From Clostridiales bacterium UBA4698 (GTDB lineage: Bacteria; Bacillota; Clostridia; TANB77; UBA1234), in NCBI GenBank assembly GCA_002404755.1, contig DHKI01000007.1:79-64078 (forward strand): a stretch of DNA of 64,000 nucleotides. Direction: 5' to 3'. The notes below the pieces were generated by a model. That model did no database searches. It saw only the letters and a list, made by a program, of their open reading frames with translations, and was not told where the DNA came from. The translations under genes and the position numbers were made by a program. Below, piece by piece: positions 10,346 through 20,200 of the stretch (positions within the stretch are counted from its first letter, which is position 1; each line of letters begins with the position of its first letter).

Positions 10346-10837
10346 GTGCAAAGCATCGAAGAAGTGTATGTGCAGTATTTTAAGATTGTGTATAAATATT
10401 TGCTTTATTTATCTAAAGGAAATGAGTCAGTAAGTGAAGAAATTACATCAGAAACATTTGCTATAGCAGTAGAAAAGATAAATACATTCAAAGGAAAATG
10501 CAAAATCTCAGTATGGCTTTGTCAAATAGCTAAATTTCTATATTATAAAGAGGTAAAAAGAAACAACAAAATTAAATTTGAGGATATAAATGAAATATGC
10601 CAAAGCGAAAAATTTGAAGATAATTTAATTGAGTTAGAAGATAAAAGAAAGGTGTTTAAAGATATAGAAACTTTAGATAAAGACACAAAAAATGTTATAT
10701 ACATGAGAGTAATAGGCAACTTCACTTTTGAAGAGATTGCTAAAATTACAGGAAAAACTGCAAATTGGGCAAGAGTTAAATATTTCAGAGGAAAAGAAAA
10801 ATTAAAGGAGGGGAATAGAGATGAAGAAAGAATGTGA
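10346..10837 (+). CDS. ECF-type RNA polymerase sigma factor
   Basis: Sigma-70 region 2-like N-terminus and a region 4 HTH (FTFEEIAKITGKTANWARVKYFRGKEKL). Overlaps the downstream anti-sigma gene. Confidence 0.85.
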   Translation: MQSIEEVYVQYFKIVYKYLLYLSKGNESVSEEITSETFAIAVEKINTFKGKCKISVWLCQIAKFLYYKEVKRNNKIKFEDINEICQSEKFEDNLIELEDKRKVFKDIETLDKDTKNVIYMRVIGNFTFEEIAKITGKTANWARVKYFRGKEKLKEGNRDEERM

Positions 10838-11966
10838 AATTATAGAAGATTTGTTACTTGGCTATAGCGATGGAACCCTAAACGCCGAATCTAAAAAGAT
10901 GGTAGAAGAGCATTTAAAAGAGTGTGATGAGTGTAAGAAAAAATTAGAAGAAATCAAAAAAGAAAATGAAAGTACGAATGATGAGGTAAAGGCTTTAAAG
11001 TATTTTAAAAAGTTTAGAAGAAAAAATATATTAAGGACATTTCTTATTATCATTGGAATTTTTATATTGATTATATTAGGAATGTATCTAAGAAAAGTTT
11101 TAATAATATCTAAGATACAAAGAAAAGTCGAAGAACTATATAGCAGAAATAACATATATAGTGAACAAATATCGCTAATGGGCGACGGAAAGACATCTGT
11201 CTTTGAAAAATACTATAAAGATAGAAAAATTAAAGATGTAACAACATTTTATAGTGATAGCGGAGAATTTGTTTTTATGACAAATTATAGCGACTTAGAT
11301 AAGAAAAATACAGTAAAAATCACTAATTATACCAACACATATGAAATCGAAGAAAATAAAAAAATTAACGAAACAACATCAAAAACAATTTATCTAGATT
11401 TATATGATGCACTTTTAACATCAAAGTTTGAACTTGCATTTGCGATGAATATTGATGTGATAGAAAATGAATGGGGCAAATATTATGTTTTTACAGATGT
11501 CCAAGATAAGGCTAAAGAAAATGAGTTTTGGATAGATGTCGAAACTTTACTACCATCAAGGCGTGTCGAAAAAGAATCTAAAATAAGCTTTTATAATAAT
11601 ACCAAAGTTGTAAAAGAAATTTCAGACCAAATAACACTATATAACTATTCTTTTGACACTGTTACGGATGATGATGTAAAACTAGATTTAACAAATGTGA
11701 AAAAACTAGAAGTGCAAAAAACACTTTCACCATTTGGCTTTGCAGGCTCATCACTACATAAAGTAGAGCTATGGACAAATGGAGATGTATATGTAATAGT
11801 ATATGATGGAAGCGGAATAGAAGAAAACAGCACTAGAACACTAATAATGAGAAATGTAGAAGACATAGAAGAGAATAGATCAGAAGATAGGTTTGGTAGC
11901 ATAATAATAAAAGGCGGAGAAAAAGTATCTAGTGGTGAAGAATATGATTGGATAGATTATGAATAA
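10821..11966 (+). CDS. Anti-sigma factor (zf-HC2) with one TM helix and a large extracytoplasmic domain
   Basis: N-terminal HLKECDECKKKLEE zinc-finger-type motif and a TM helix (FLIIIGIFILIILGMYL). Translationally overlaps the sigma gene. Confidence 0.7.
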   Translation: MKKECEIIEDLLLGYSDGTLNAESKKMVEEHLKECDECKKKLEEIKKENESTNDEVKALKYFKKFRRKNILRTFLIIIGIFILIILGMYLRKVLIISKIQRKVEELYSRNNIYSEQISLMGDGKTSVFEKYYKDRKIKDVTTFYSDSGEFVFMTNYSDLDKKNTVKITNYTNTYEIEENKKINETTSKTIYLDLYDALLTSKFELAFAMNIDVIENEWGKYYVFTDVQDKAKENEFWIDVETLLPSRRVEKESKISFYNNTKVVKEISDQITLYNYSFDTVTDDDVKLDLTNVKKLEVQKTLSPFGFAGSSLHKVELWTNGDVYVIVYDGSGIEENSTRTLIMRNVEDIEENRSEDRFGSIIIKGGEKVSSGEEYDWIDYE

Positions 11967-12030
11967 TTGCTTATTTTAACTTGAATTTACACATAAGTAG
12001 TGTTTAAAAGAATATAATTTTAATTAGTAA

Positions 12031-12066
12031 AAGCGCATACTTTATAATAAAGTGATGCGCTTTTTG
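12031..12066 (+). terminator. Intrinsic terminator
   Basis: AAGCGCAT ... ATGCGCTTTTT hairpin. Confidence 0.7.
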
Positions 12067-12194
12067 TAACACAAAAAATTGTACAACATTACTAATTTTA
12101 TGAATTAACTACCTTTTGTTAAACTATTATTATATAATAATGCGTGAAAACGGTAGTGTAAACTAGTTCATGAAAATGTAAAGCATGCTGAAAG

Positions 12195-12290
12195 AATGTA
12201 GAGGAGCTTAGGTGTGCTCCATAAAGACTAATTGCTAACAGTACAATAAAATTGAAAAAATATTATAATTAGTATACACAACCAATAAAA
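12195..12290. repeat. Dispersed intergenic repeat, copy C (full length)
   Basis: AATGTAGAGGAGCTTAGGTGTGCTCCATAAAGACTAATTGCTAACAGTACA...AATATTATAATTAGTATACACAACCAATAAA. Ends just before the RBS of the next gene. Confidence 0.8.
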
Positions 12291-12306
12291 TATGGGGAGG
12301 TTTTAT

Positions 12307-13017
12307 ATGAAAAAAATATTTGTATCGCTTTTTGTTATTTGTGGCTGTCTGATTTGTACAAATGCTTATGCAATAAAATCTAGCGAAGTTGGACTATATG
12401 TAAAAAGAAATGATAGTTATACTAAAGATGGAAAATATGCGATGAGTTTTAAAATGACAAATAATAGTTCAGATAATGAATACTATGTTGAGCCATATGT
12501 TATTAACTCTTCTGGAAAAAAAGTTTTTACTTGGAAAGGTACTAAATTAAATAAAAATGATGTATTAAACAAAAATTATTTAGCAAAGTACTCGAAGCTT
12601 CCTAGTGGGAAATACACATTCGTGCTTAACTTAATAAGCGGTTATACGGCTGAATATGCGGGACCTTATAGAAAGTTCACATGGAAGTACACAGTAAATC
12701 ATAATGCGAGCAAGTTATCATTTGGTTCAACAAGTTACAAGTATGACACAAATGGTAATAAAGCTATTGTCTTTAATGTAGATTATTCGAATTTAAAAGG
12801 CAAAAAGGGAACAATTGAGATATATAATGAATATTCGGAACTAGTATATAAACATACAGGACCTGCTAGAAATACAAATAAAGAAACAGGTTGGTTCAAG
12901 TGGAATTTTTATCCGAGCAAAGGTGGTCTTAAATGTGAATCTGGTAACTACACTGTAAAAATTTCGTGTGATGGAGCAACACCAATTCAAAAAAATTATT
13001 ATCTTAACATAGATTAA
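12307..13017 (+). CDS. Secreted hypothetical protein
   Basis: Start at ATG 12307 (MKKIFVSLFVICGCLICTNAYA signal peptide). No further motif recognised. Confidence 0.55.
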   Translation: MKKIFVSLFVICGCLICTNAYAIKSSEVGLYVKRNDSYTKDGKYAMSFKMTNNSSDNEYYVEPYVINSSGKKVFTWKGTKLNKNDVLNKNYLAKYSKLPSGKYTFVLNLISGYTAEYAGPYRKFTWKYTVNHNASKLSFGSTSYKYDTNGNKAIVFNVDYSNLKGKKGTIEIYNEYSELVYKHTGPARNTNKETGWFKWNFYPSKGGLKCESGNYTVKISCDGATPIQKNYYLNID

Positions 13018-13045
13018 TTTATGAAAAAGACAAAATATGTTGCCA

Positions 13046-13130
13046 AAAATGTAGCGGAGCACATCGTGCTCCATAAAAACTAACTGATAGCAGTACACTA
13101 AAATAAAAAGATATAATTAGTGAACGCTAT
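13046..13130. repeat. Dispersed intergenic repeat, copy D
   Basis: AAAATGTAGCGGAGCACATCGTGCTCCATAAAAACTAACTGATAGCAGTACAC...GATATAATTAGTGAAC. The stem GGAGC/GCTCC is kept while the loop differs. Confidence 0.75.
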
Positions 13131-13152
13131 TCATATACGAGGAGAAGAAAAT

Positions 13153-14190
13153 ATGAAAAAGATATTAAAAGTTTTAATGTTATCTTTGCTAATTATCATC
13201 GGTTGTGTAGGATGTTCAAATAATCCACAAGAGCCACTAGAATTAAATGATGCATGGAAAGATGCTTTAGGTTCTTATTCAAGAGAAGAAAACTCAGAAT
13301 ATAGCAATGGTGTTCTAAATATGAAGTATTTAGGAGATAATGCTGTCATGGCCGAGATAAAACTTATGGAGGGTAGCGAGTCAGAAGAAAATGCAATTCA
13401 AACAGTGATTTCAGGAATTATAACTACAGATAATAACTTAGGAATAATTACATATCAAAATGGTTCAAGTGTCAATTTTGAAATATCGGATGATTTAAAA
13501 TTTGTTCGAATTACACATGATGGAGAATTTGAAATTTCACCTGATGGAAAGTATAACTTTATAGAAGAGGGAATAGAAGTTTCGGATGAATCTGCAGTAA
13601 CGATTTTAAACTATTTACCTAAAGAAGTAACAAAAATAGAAGAGGGATATGTAATAAATCCACCAGAAAGTTTAGTAGGAGAGTGGTTTTATCCAGTAAA
13701 TGTTACGAATGGTGACTCGGTCGTTTCAAGCTTTATAATAGCAAAAGATATGAGCTCAGTTTATAATGTGGATGGTGAGCCAGCATTAATATATGGCTCA
13801 GCTAAAAGCATGATGGAGGCTCAAACATATTCATATTCGGATTTTGAAGATGATGGAGCTAGTGAAAACATAGAAGATGGCGAAGAATTAACAGATAATG
13901 AAACAACATTCGATGAACCTATTTCAATAGTTTCGGTAGAAAGTGAAAATGGAACAATCTACGAAGTAGGTACTACAGGAAAATTAGTTGCAAAATTACC
14001 ATGGGATTTGCCATATGAAATAAAAGCAACATCAAATGATGATTCAATCGCGAAAATCGAAGGTGATCAAATAATAGCAGTATCTGAAGGCGAAACAAGT
14101 ATAACGGGAAAAATAATAATAAACGATGCAGAAAAAGAATTTACACTTGATGTTTTGGTGGTAAACGAAAGTGATGAGGATTTTGAATAA
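13153..14190 (+). CDS. Lipoprotein with a C-terminal Big_2-like domain
   Basis: Start at ATG 13153. Lipobox-like LLIIIGCVGCSNN. C-terminal SNDDSIAKIEGDQIIAVSEGETSITGK resembles a bacterial Ig-like (Big_2) domain. Confidence 0.6.
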   Translation: MKKILKVLMLSLLIIIGCVGCSNNPQEPLELNDAWKDALGSYSREENSEYSNGVLNMKYLGDNAVMAEIKLMEGSESEENAIQTVISGIITTDNNLGIITYQNGSSVNFEISDDLKFVRITHDGEFEISPDGKYNFIEEGIEVSDESAVTILNYLPKEVTKIEEGYVINPPESLVGEWFYPVNVTNGDSVVSSFIIAKDMSSVYNVDGEPALIYGSAKSMMEAQTYSYSDFEDDGASENIEDGEELTDNETTFDEPISIVSVESENGTIYEVGTTGKLVAKLPWDLPYEIKATSNDDSIAKIEGDQIIAVSEGETSITGKIIINDAEKEFTLDVLVVNESDEDFE

Positions 14191-14267
14191 TTATACAAAG
14201 AGAAAAACAGAATAATATTGATTGTATCACTGTATCGTGATACAATGCGAAAAAGGAGGGACCATTT

Positions 14268-14744
14268 ATGTTTCATAAGGTAAAAAGTGTAACGGCACTT
14301 AAAGACTATAAATTATCTGTCCAGTTTTCGGAAGGTATTACGAAAATATATGATGTCAAACCGCTATTAGAAAAGAATGCAATTTTCAATGGCTTGAAAA
14401 ATGAAGACCTATTTCATGAAGTTAAAGTTGATGTTGGAGGATACGGAATTATTTGGAATGACGACATAGATATATCATGTGATGAGTTGTTTGAAAATGA
14501 AAAGCAAGTAAAAACACCATTTGATGGTTTAATGGCTTTTAGTGATGCTACTTTGATTTGGGGGTTAAATGAAAGTACACTTAGAAAAGCAATAGCATAT
14601 GGTAAATTAGTTAATGGTGTTGATGTATGTAAGTATGGTAAGCAATGGATTGTTTCAATTAAGGCTATGGAAAGAGAATATGGAATATCCTCTTATACTG
14701 TATATTGTTCAAGAAAACAACATAAAAAAAGTATTCAAATCTAA
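14268..14744 (+). CDS. DUF2442-like N-terminal domain protein with a C-terminal HTH-like region
   Basis: MFHKVKSVTALKDYKLSVQFSEG...GGYGIIWNDDIDIS resembles DUF2442. Confidence 0.5.
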   Translation: MFHKVKSVTALKDYKLSVQFSEGITKIYDVKPLLEKNAIFNGLKNEDLFHEVKVDVGGYGIIWNDDIDISCDELFENEKQVKTPFDGLMAFSDATLIWGLNESTLRKAIAYGKLVNGVDVCKYGKQWIVSIKAMEREYGISSYTVYCSRKQHKKSIQI

Positions 14745-14970
14745 TAAAATAGTTCAAAATATAGATGTGCATTACGAATTCTACAAAGACTATTTAATAG
14801 AAAAAAATGAAAATGGCGAAATGAAAGTTGAATATTCAAAGTTAGATGAAATAATTGAAACAAAAACAAATTTTTATTTAATGATTGCCAAAAATCAAGG
14901 TTATATGATTTCAAAAGCAGATATGCCAAGTGGATTGGATGAATTTATTAAAAAAATGAGGAAAGCATAG
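14614..14970 (+). pseudogene. Probable YcxB-like gene remnant
   Basis: Only the C-terminal part (YSKLDEIIETKTNFYLMIAKNQGYMISKADMP) looks like a YcxB-like domain. The ORF overlaps the previous gene by about 130 nt and lacks the usual N-terminal TM region. Confidence 0.3.
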
Positions 14971-15154
14971 AAGTTATAAGCTGATAGAGAAGTTGAAATT
15001 TATTAGAAACAAAGAAGAAATATTGAAATGATATTAATTTCAGGGACTATATAATTGTGATTTGTTGAATTATAAAAATAATATATGATATAATCGCGTT
15101 GTGAAAAGTCTGATGGTAAAATTATAAGTTATAAAAAGAAGGTGATGATACAAA

Positions 15155-15940
15155 GTGGATAAGAAAATTATGACAGTTATGAATGTTAATGAAAACGACA
15201 TTAGGGTGATGCGAATAGATGATGAAGATTACATCTCCTTGACGGATTTAGCTAAATATAAAAATCCAAAAGACCCATCTGACGTTATAAAACAATGGTT
15301 AAGTAACTATGATACAGTGGAATTTTTGGGATTATGGGAAGAACTAAGCAATGAAAATTTTAATTCGGCGGAATTCAGCCGAATTAAAATTGAAGCACCA
15401 AAAAAATCTTTTACAATGACACCTAGTCAATGGTGTACAAAAGTAAATGCAAAAGGAATTACTTTTAGTAAAGGAAAATATAGCATAGGAACTTTTGCAC
15501 ATTCGGATATTGCATTAGAATTTGCTTCATGGATTGATAATTTGTTTAAATTATATTTAATTAAAGAATTTAAAAGGTTGAAATATAAAGAAAGTTATCA
15601 AGAAAAAATTGAATGGTCAGTTAGAAGAAGCTTATCAAAAACAAATTATAGAATACATACGGATAGCATAAAAGAAAATATAGTGCCATTATTAACTGAT
15701 AAACAAAAACAATTTGTTTATGCAAATGAAGCGGATGTGATAAACGTAGCCTTATTTGGAATGACTGCTAAAGAATGGAGAGAAAAAAATCCAAATATAG
15801 ATGGTAATATTAGAGATTATACAGATATTTTACATCTCATTGTGTTAAGTAATTTAGAAGTTTTAAATGCAAGTATGATTGAAAATAATATAAGTCAAAG
15901 TCAGCGAATACAGAAGAGAATTAGAATTATTGTCAAATGA
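15155..15940 (+). CDS. KilA-N domain DNA-binding protein
   Basis: N-terminal IRVMRIDDEDYISLTDLAKYKN...VIKQWLSNYDTVEFLGLWE is typical of KilA-N family proteins. The C-terminal end may be frameshifted near 15900, because another frame stays open to about 16007. Confidence 0.65.
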   Translation: MDKKIMTVMNVNENDIRVMRIDDEDYISLTDLAKYKNPKDPSDVIKQWLSNYDTVEFLGLWEELSNENFNSAEFSRIKIEAPKKSFTMTPSQWCTKVNAKGITFSKGKYSIGTFAHSDIALEFASWIDNLFKLYLIKEFKRLKYKESYQEKIEWSVRRSLSKTNYRIHTDSIKENIVPLLTDKQKQFVYANEADVINVALFGMTAKEWREKNPNIDGNIRDYTDILHLIVLSNLEVLNASMIENNISQSQRIQKRIRIIVK

Positions 15941-16064
15941 TAAAAATATTATAGGTATTCAAAATTTAGATAATCAAGAAAATCCGAAATTGATTGATGA
16001 AAAATAAGCATATAATGAATGCAAAAGATGTAGTTGAAAGCAATCATGGTAAGGAAGTGAAAAA

Positions 16065-16331
16065 ATGTTTAAATTGCATTCAAGTTTTGAGCCAACAGGC
16101 GACCAGCCACAGGCTATTGATAAATTAGTTGAAGGAATAAATAAGGGCGATAAATATCAAACGCTTTTAGGTGTTACAGGTTCAGGTAAAACATTTACCA
16201 TGGCGAATATTATTCAAAAGGTTCAAAAGCCAACACTTATATTAGCACATAATAAGACATTAGCCGGACAGTTGTATAGCGAGTTTAAAGAATTCTTCCC
16301 GGAGAATGCTGTTGAATATTTTGTATCTTAG
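16065..16331 (+). pseudogene. uvrB: Displaced 5' fragment of uvrB (88 codons)
   Basis: [28 protein letters not shown]...[13 protein letters not shown]...NAVEYFVS then stop. It is a paralogous, ~80% identical copy of the start of the full uvrB at 62232. Similarity ends abruptly after TATTTTGT (16317-16324). Confidence 0.85.
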
Positions 16332-16466
16332 TATTGTTATGTAAAAATATGGATACTGATTAGTGTTAAACAATACCTCTCAATACCTATTGATTTCAAG
16401 AAAAATTGAGGTTGAAGAAAAAATAACATCGTTTAAAATTACTTAAAATTCTTTAATATTATTTTT

Positions 16467-16500
16467 AATTTGTGACCTTGATTCGTTCCCATTCGTTCCC
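16467..16500. repeat. Left att arm: AATTTGTGACCTTG followed by two tandem ATTCGTTCCC motifs
   Basis: ATTCGTTCCC at 16481-16490 and 16491-16500. The 25-mer 16467-16491 matches 62101-62125 at 23/25 positions in direct orientation. Confidence 0.7.
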
Positions 16501-16528
16501 AAAGTTTTTTACAACTGAAAGGAGAAAA

Positions 16529-17164
16529 ATGGGGAATTTAATAATAAATATGTTATTAGTGTTTCAAATGATAATTGGAAGTACTAATATTGATATAGAG
16601 AACTTAACTTTTTATGAGCTGGGTTCTTTTTTTGATGTATCAAATTTATATATAACTGAAATAAATGATGGAATTGAATGTGTGTATGACCAAAATGAGT
16701 TAAGTTCAAAAGAAATTGTAGTAGAAATATTAAAAGAAGTACCCAAAGAATTGAAAATGGTAGTAAAACAGATTTGTATATATCAAGAATTAAATGGTAA
16801 TGTGGCAGGAGTTGCTAAAGATGAACAAATTGAATTATATAATTTGGAACAATATGATAAAGAAACTCAGAAATATATTGTTTATCACGAAATAGCACAT
16901 TTGTGGGGACGAAAATTGATGCAATATAAAGTGCTAGATTATCATTATACAGATTATTCAGAGGCAGTAAGAAAAGATAATAACTATATTTCAAGCTATT
17001 CAAAGAAATATATTATTGAAAAAAATAATTATTCTGAAGATTTTGCAGATAGTGTTGCAAAGTACTTAATTAGCAATAAAAAGCTATCTAAAAAGTATTC
17101 AAATAGACAAGCATATATTGAGCAAATGCTTGATATAAGCGAGGGTGGACTTGGTAAAACCTAA
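16529..17164 (+). CDS. Putative secreted zinc metalloprotease (HExxH), ATLF/PPEP-like
   Basis: Start at ATG 16529 after AAAGGAG. Hydrophobic N-terminus. HEIAH motif with downstream YSEDFADSVAKY (possible third ligand Glu). The family assignment is tentative. Confidence 0.5.
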   Translation: MGNLIINMLLVFQMIIGSTNIDIENLTFYELGSFFDVSNLYITEINDGIECVYDQNELSSKEIVVEILKEVPKELKMVVKQICIYQELNGNVAGVAKDEQIELYNLEQYDKETQKYIVYHEIAHLWGRKLMQYKVLDYHYTDYSEAVRKDNNYISSYSKKYIIEKNNYSEDFADSVAKYLISNKKLSKKYSNRQAYIEQMLDISEGGLGKT

Positions 17165-17221
17165 TGGTATATCATTAAAGTGTAAAAAGTACATTGAAAA
17201 CTTAATAAGGAGGGAGAGAGT

Positions 17222-20200
17222 ATGTCTTACAAAGAGAGTCTTAAATTTGCAAAAGAAATTTATGATGCACAGTTAGATATAATTCGACAAAATAGTACAG
17301 AATGGAAAAAGTATTTAGATTTTGCTAGTAACTTTTATAAATATTCGTTTGCAGAAACATTACTAATATATGCTCAAAATCCAAATGTAACGGCTTGTGC
17401 TACCATTGAACAATGGAATAGCATAGATAGAATGGTAAAGAGGGGAGAAAAGAGCATAAAAGCCATTTCTGATGATGAAAATGATATAAAAATTAAGTAT
17501 GTTTTCGATGTTTCTCAAACTTGGGGAAACAATAAGACTTTACCTAAAAAATGGACTATTGAGTCAAGCGAAGCAAAAAGAATATTAGCTGAAGTAATGA
17601 ATGTAAGTGAAGTAGTAAAGCTTAAAAGGGCAATTAGAAACAGAATTTATGAGAAATTAATAAATAATACTGAAAATGAAAAAATTGCATTTTCGAGTGA
17701 ATTTATTGAAAATGCAGTAGATACAGTAATGTATGTTATATCTAAAAGGTGTAATTTGAAAATAGAAAATGAAGAAACCTTATTTGAAAATTTTAATGAA
17801 ATTGAAGATATAGGACAATTAAAAAGGTTAGGTATATTTTGTATAAATGAATCTTCTGAATTATTAAGAATGGTTGAATATAAGGTAAAACAAGAATTAA
17901 ATAAAAAGAAAGGGGAAATGAATTATGAGTCTAAATCGTTATGGAATACAAATCAAGCAGTACATCAAACAGGAGTATCCAATGAAGTACCAAGAATTGA
18001 TAATGGAGGGAACTTTAATGGAGAAGTTGGAGGAAAGGCAGCGACAAGTGATGGAATACAGAGAGCAACTAACAATAGAGTTGAAGAACAAGAATCCACT
18101 AACAGAGAACAACTTTATGGACAAAGTACAGTACGAGAGGATGATCCAGAGTCAAGTGGAGGAATTGTTGCAGGAAATGATGTACCAACCATTATAAATA
18201 CGACTAATAAAAGGGTAGAACAAACTACTCTTTTTTCTTTGTTTAACGAATTAGAGATAAACAAACAAAATCCTAAATATGAAATAGGACAAGTTGTATA
18301 TCTGGAAAATGATAGACCTTTTCAAATTGAAGAAATCAAAGAAAGAAATATTGTATTGTTTGATTTGAAATCTTCATATCCAATTTCAAGAATTGAAAGT
18401 ATAGATAATTTTGAAAGGTTATTTAATCAAAATACATTAAATACACCAACAGTAGTAGAAAAGATATCTGATGATGAAATTATAAATGATGTACTACTAG
18501 AAAGTGGAAATAATAGAAAAGCTAGAATTTATAAAGCTTTTTCTGAACTTAAGGGAGTTCCAGAAAAAGTTAAATTCCTAAAATCTGAGTATGGTTTGAG
18601 TGGCAATAGTTATGAGTATAAAAATCTAAAAGGTTTTGTTGATTACAACATAAATTACAATGGTATGAAAATATCTCTTGAGGGATATAAAGAGATAAAA
18701 CTAAATTGGAATAATGTTGCCTCAAAAATTCAAAATCTTATAGATGGTGGTTTGTATTATATTTATGATAATAAAATTGAAAATATGCCAATTAAAGAAG
18801 AAATAAAGGTACAAAAAATAAACTTTAAGATTACAGATGATATAAATTTGTCAGATGGAAATTTGAGAGAAAAATATCAAAAAAATATCAAAGCGATAAA
18901 GTTGATAAAAGAATTAGAATTTGAAAATAGATTAGCAACTGCTGAAGAACAAAAAGTATTAGCACAATATACTGGATGGGGTGGAAATCCAAAAGTATTT
19001 GATGAAAATGCTTTAGAATGGAAAAATGAATATAACGAATTAAAACAACTATTAACTGAAGATGAATATAAACAAGCGAAAGAATCAGTATTAAATGCTT
19101 TTTATACAGAGCCAGAGATAATAAAGGGTATCTATAATGCTTTAGATAAAATGGGCGTGAAAAAAGGTAATGTGTTAGAACCGAGTGCAGGGGTTGGTAA
19201 CTTTTTAGGTATGTTACCAAATAGTTTTGAAAATTCACATATAACAGGTGTAGAGCTAGATAAAATTTCTGGCTCTATTTTAAAGCAATTATATCAAAAA
19301 GCGAATGTTTTTGTGGGAGGTTATGAAGAAACAGAATTGCCAGATGGCTTTTATGATATAGCAATTTCAAATGTACCTTTTGGTAATTATGGAGTATATG
19401 ATCCAAAGTATAATAAAGAGAACTTTTTAATTCACGATTATTTCTTTGCGAAAAGTCTTGATAAGATAAGAACAGGTGGAATAATTACCTTTATTACTTC
19501 AAAAGGCACGATGGATAAATTAAATCCTCAAATAAGAAAATACTTAAATGAAAGAGCAGAACTTATTGGTGCAATAAGACTTCCTAATAATGCGTTTAAA
19601 AGAATAGCTAATACAGAAGTTACGAGTGATATTATTTTCTTAAAAAAGAGAGAAAGTCTTTCTTATGAACACGCAGACTGGCTTGATACAGAAGAATATG
19701 ATGAGGGCATAAATATAAATAAATATTTTGTAGATAATCCTCAAATGATAATGGGAGAACTAAATATTACTACAACACAATTTGGAAAAGATATTGAAGT
19801 TGTACCAAATAGAGATACTTCTTTATCTGAACAACTTAATAAAGCTATTGAATATTTGCCAAGTGATATTTTTGAAGAAGTAGAAATTGATAGAGAATTT
19901 GATACGGAAGATATCAAAACAATTCCTGCTGATATGAATGTTAAAAACTATAATTACACACTTGTTGATGGAGTTATTTATCAAAGAGTTGATTCTGTTA
20001 TGGTTGAACAAAAGAAAGATGGAATAACTGCTGAAAGAATAAAAGGTATGATAGCAATTCGTGAATCGTTAAAAGAATTGATAAATGTACAGTTACTTAA
20101 TAATAATGATGAGGAAATGGCTATTTACCAAAATAAACTGAATGAATTATATGATAAGTTTGTTGATAAATATGGTTATTTGACAAGTAAAGGCAACAAA

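Noticed and set aside
16529-17164. Reading the HExxH protein as the missing metalloprotease half of a split ArdC, or as a PPEP-like protease releasing the ICE adhesin.
   Set aside because: The hydrophobic N-terminus argues against a cytoplasmic ArdC partner. The adhesin has no obvious Pro-Pro cleavage motif near its C-terminus. Both ideas are speculation without sequence support.
17925-18197. Same-strand nested ORFs: 17925-18197 in the polyvalent gene, 8658-8858, 28842-29024, 30713-30901 and 37465-37680.
   Set aside because: These are alternative frames of longer motif-supported genes. No independent RBS or homology signal is evident.
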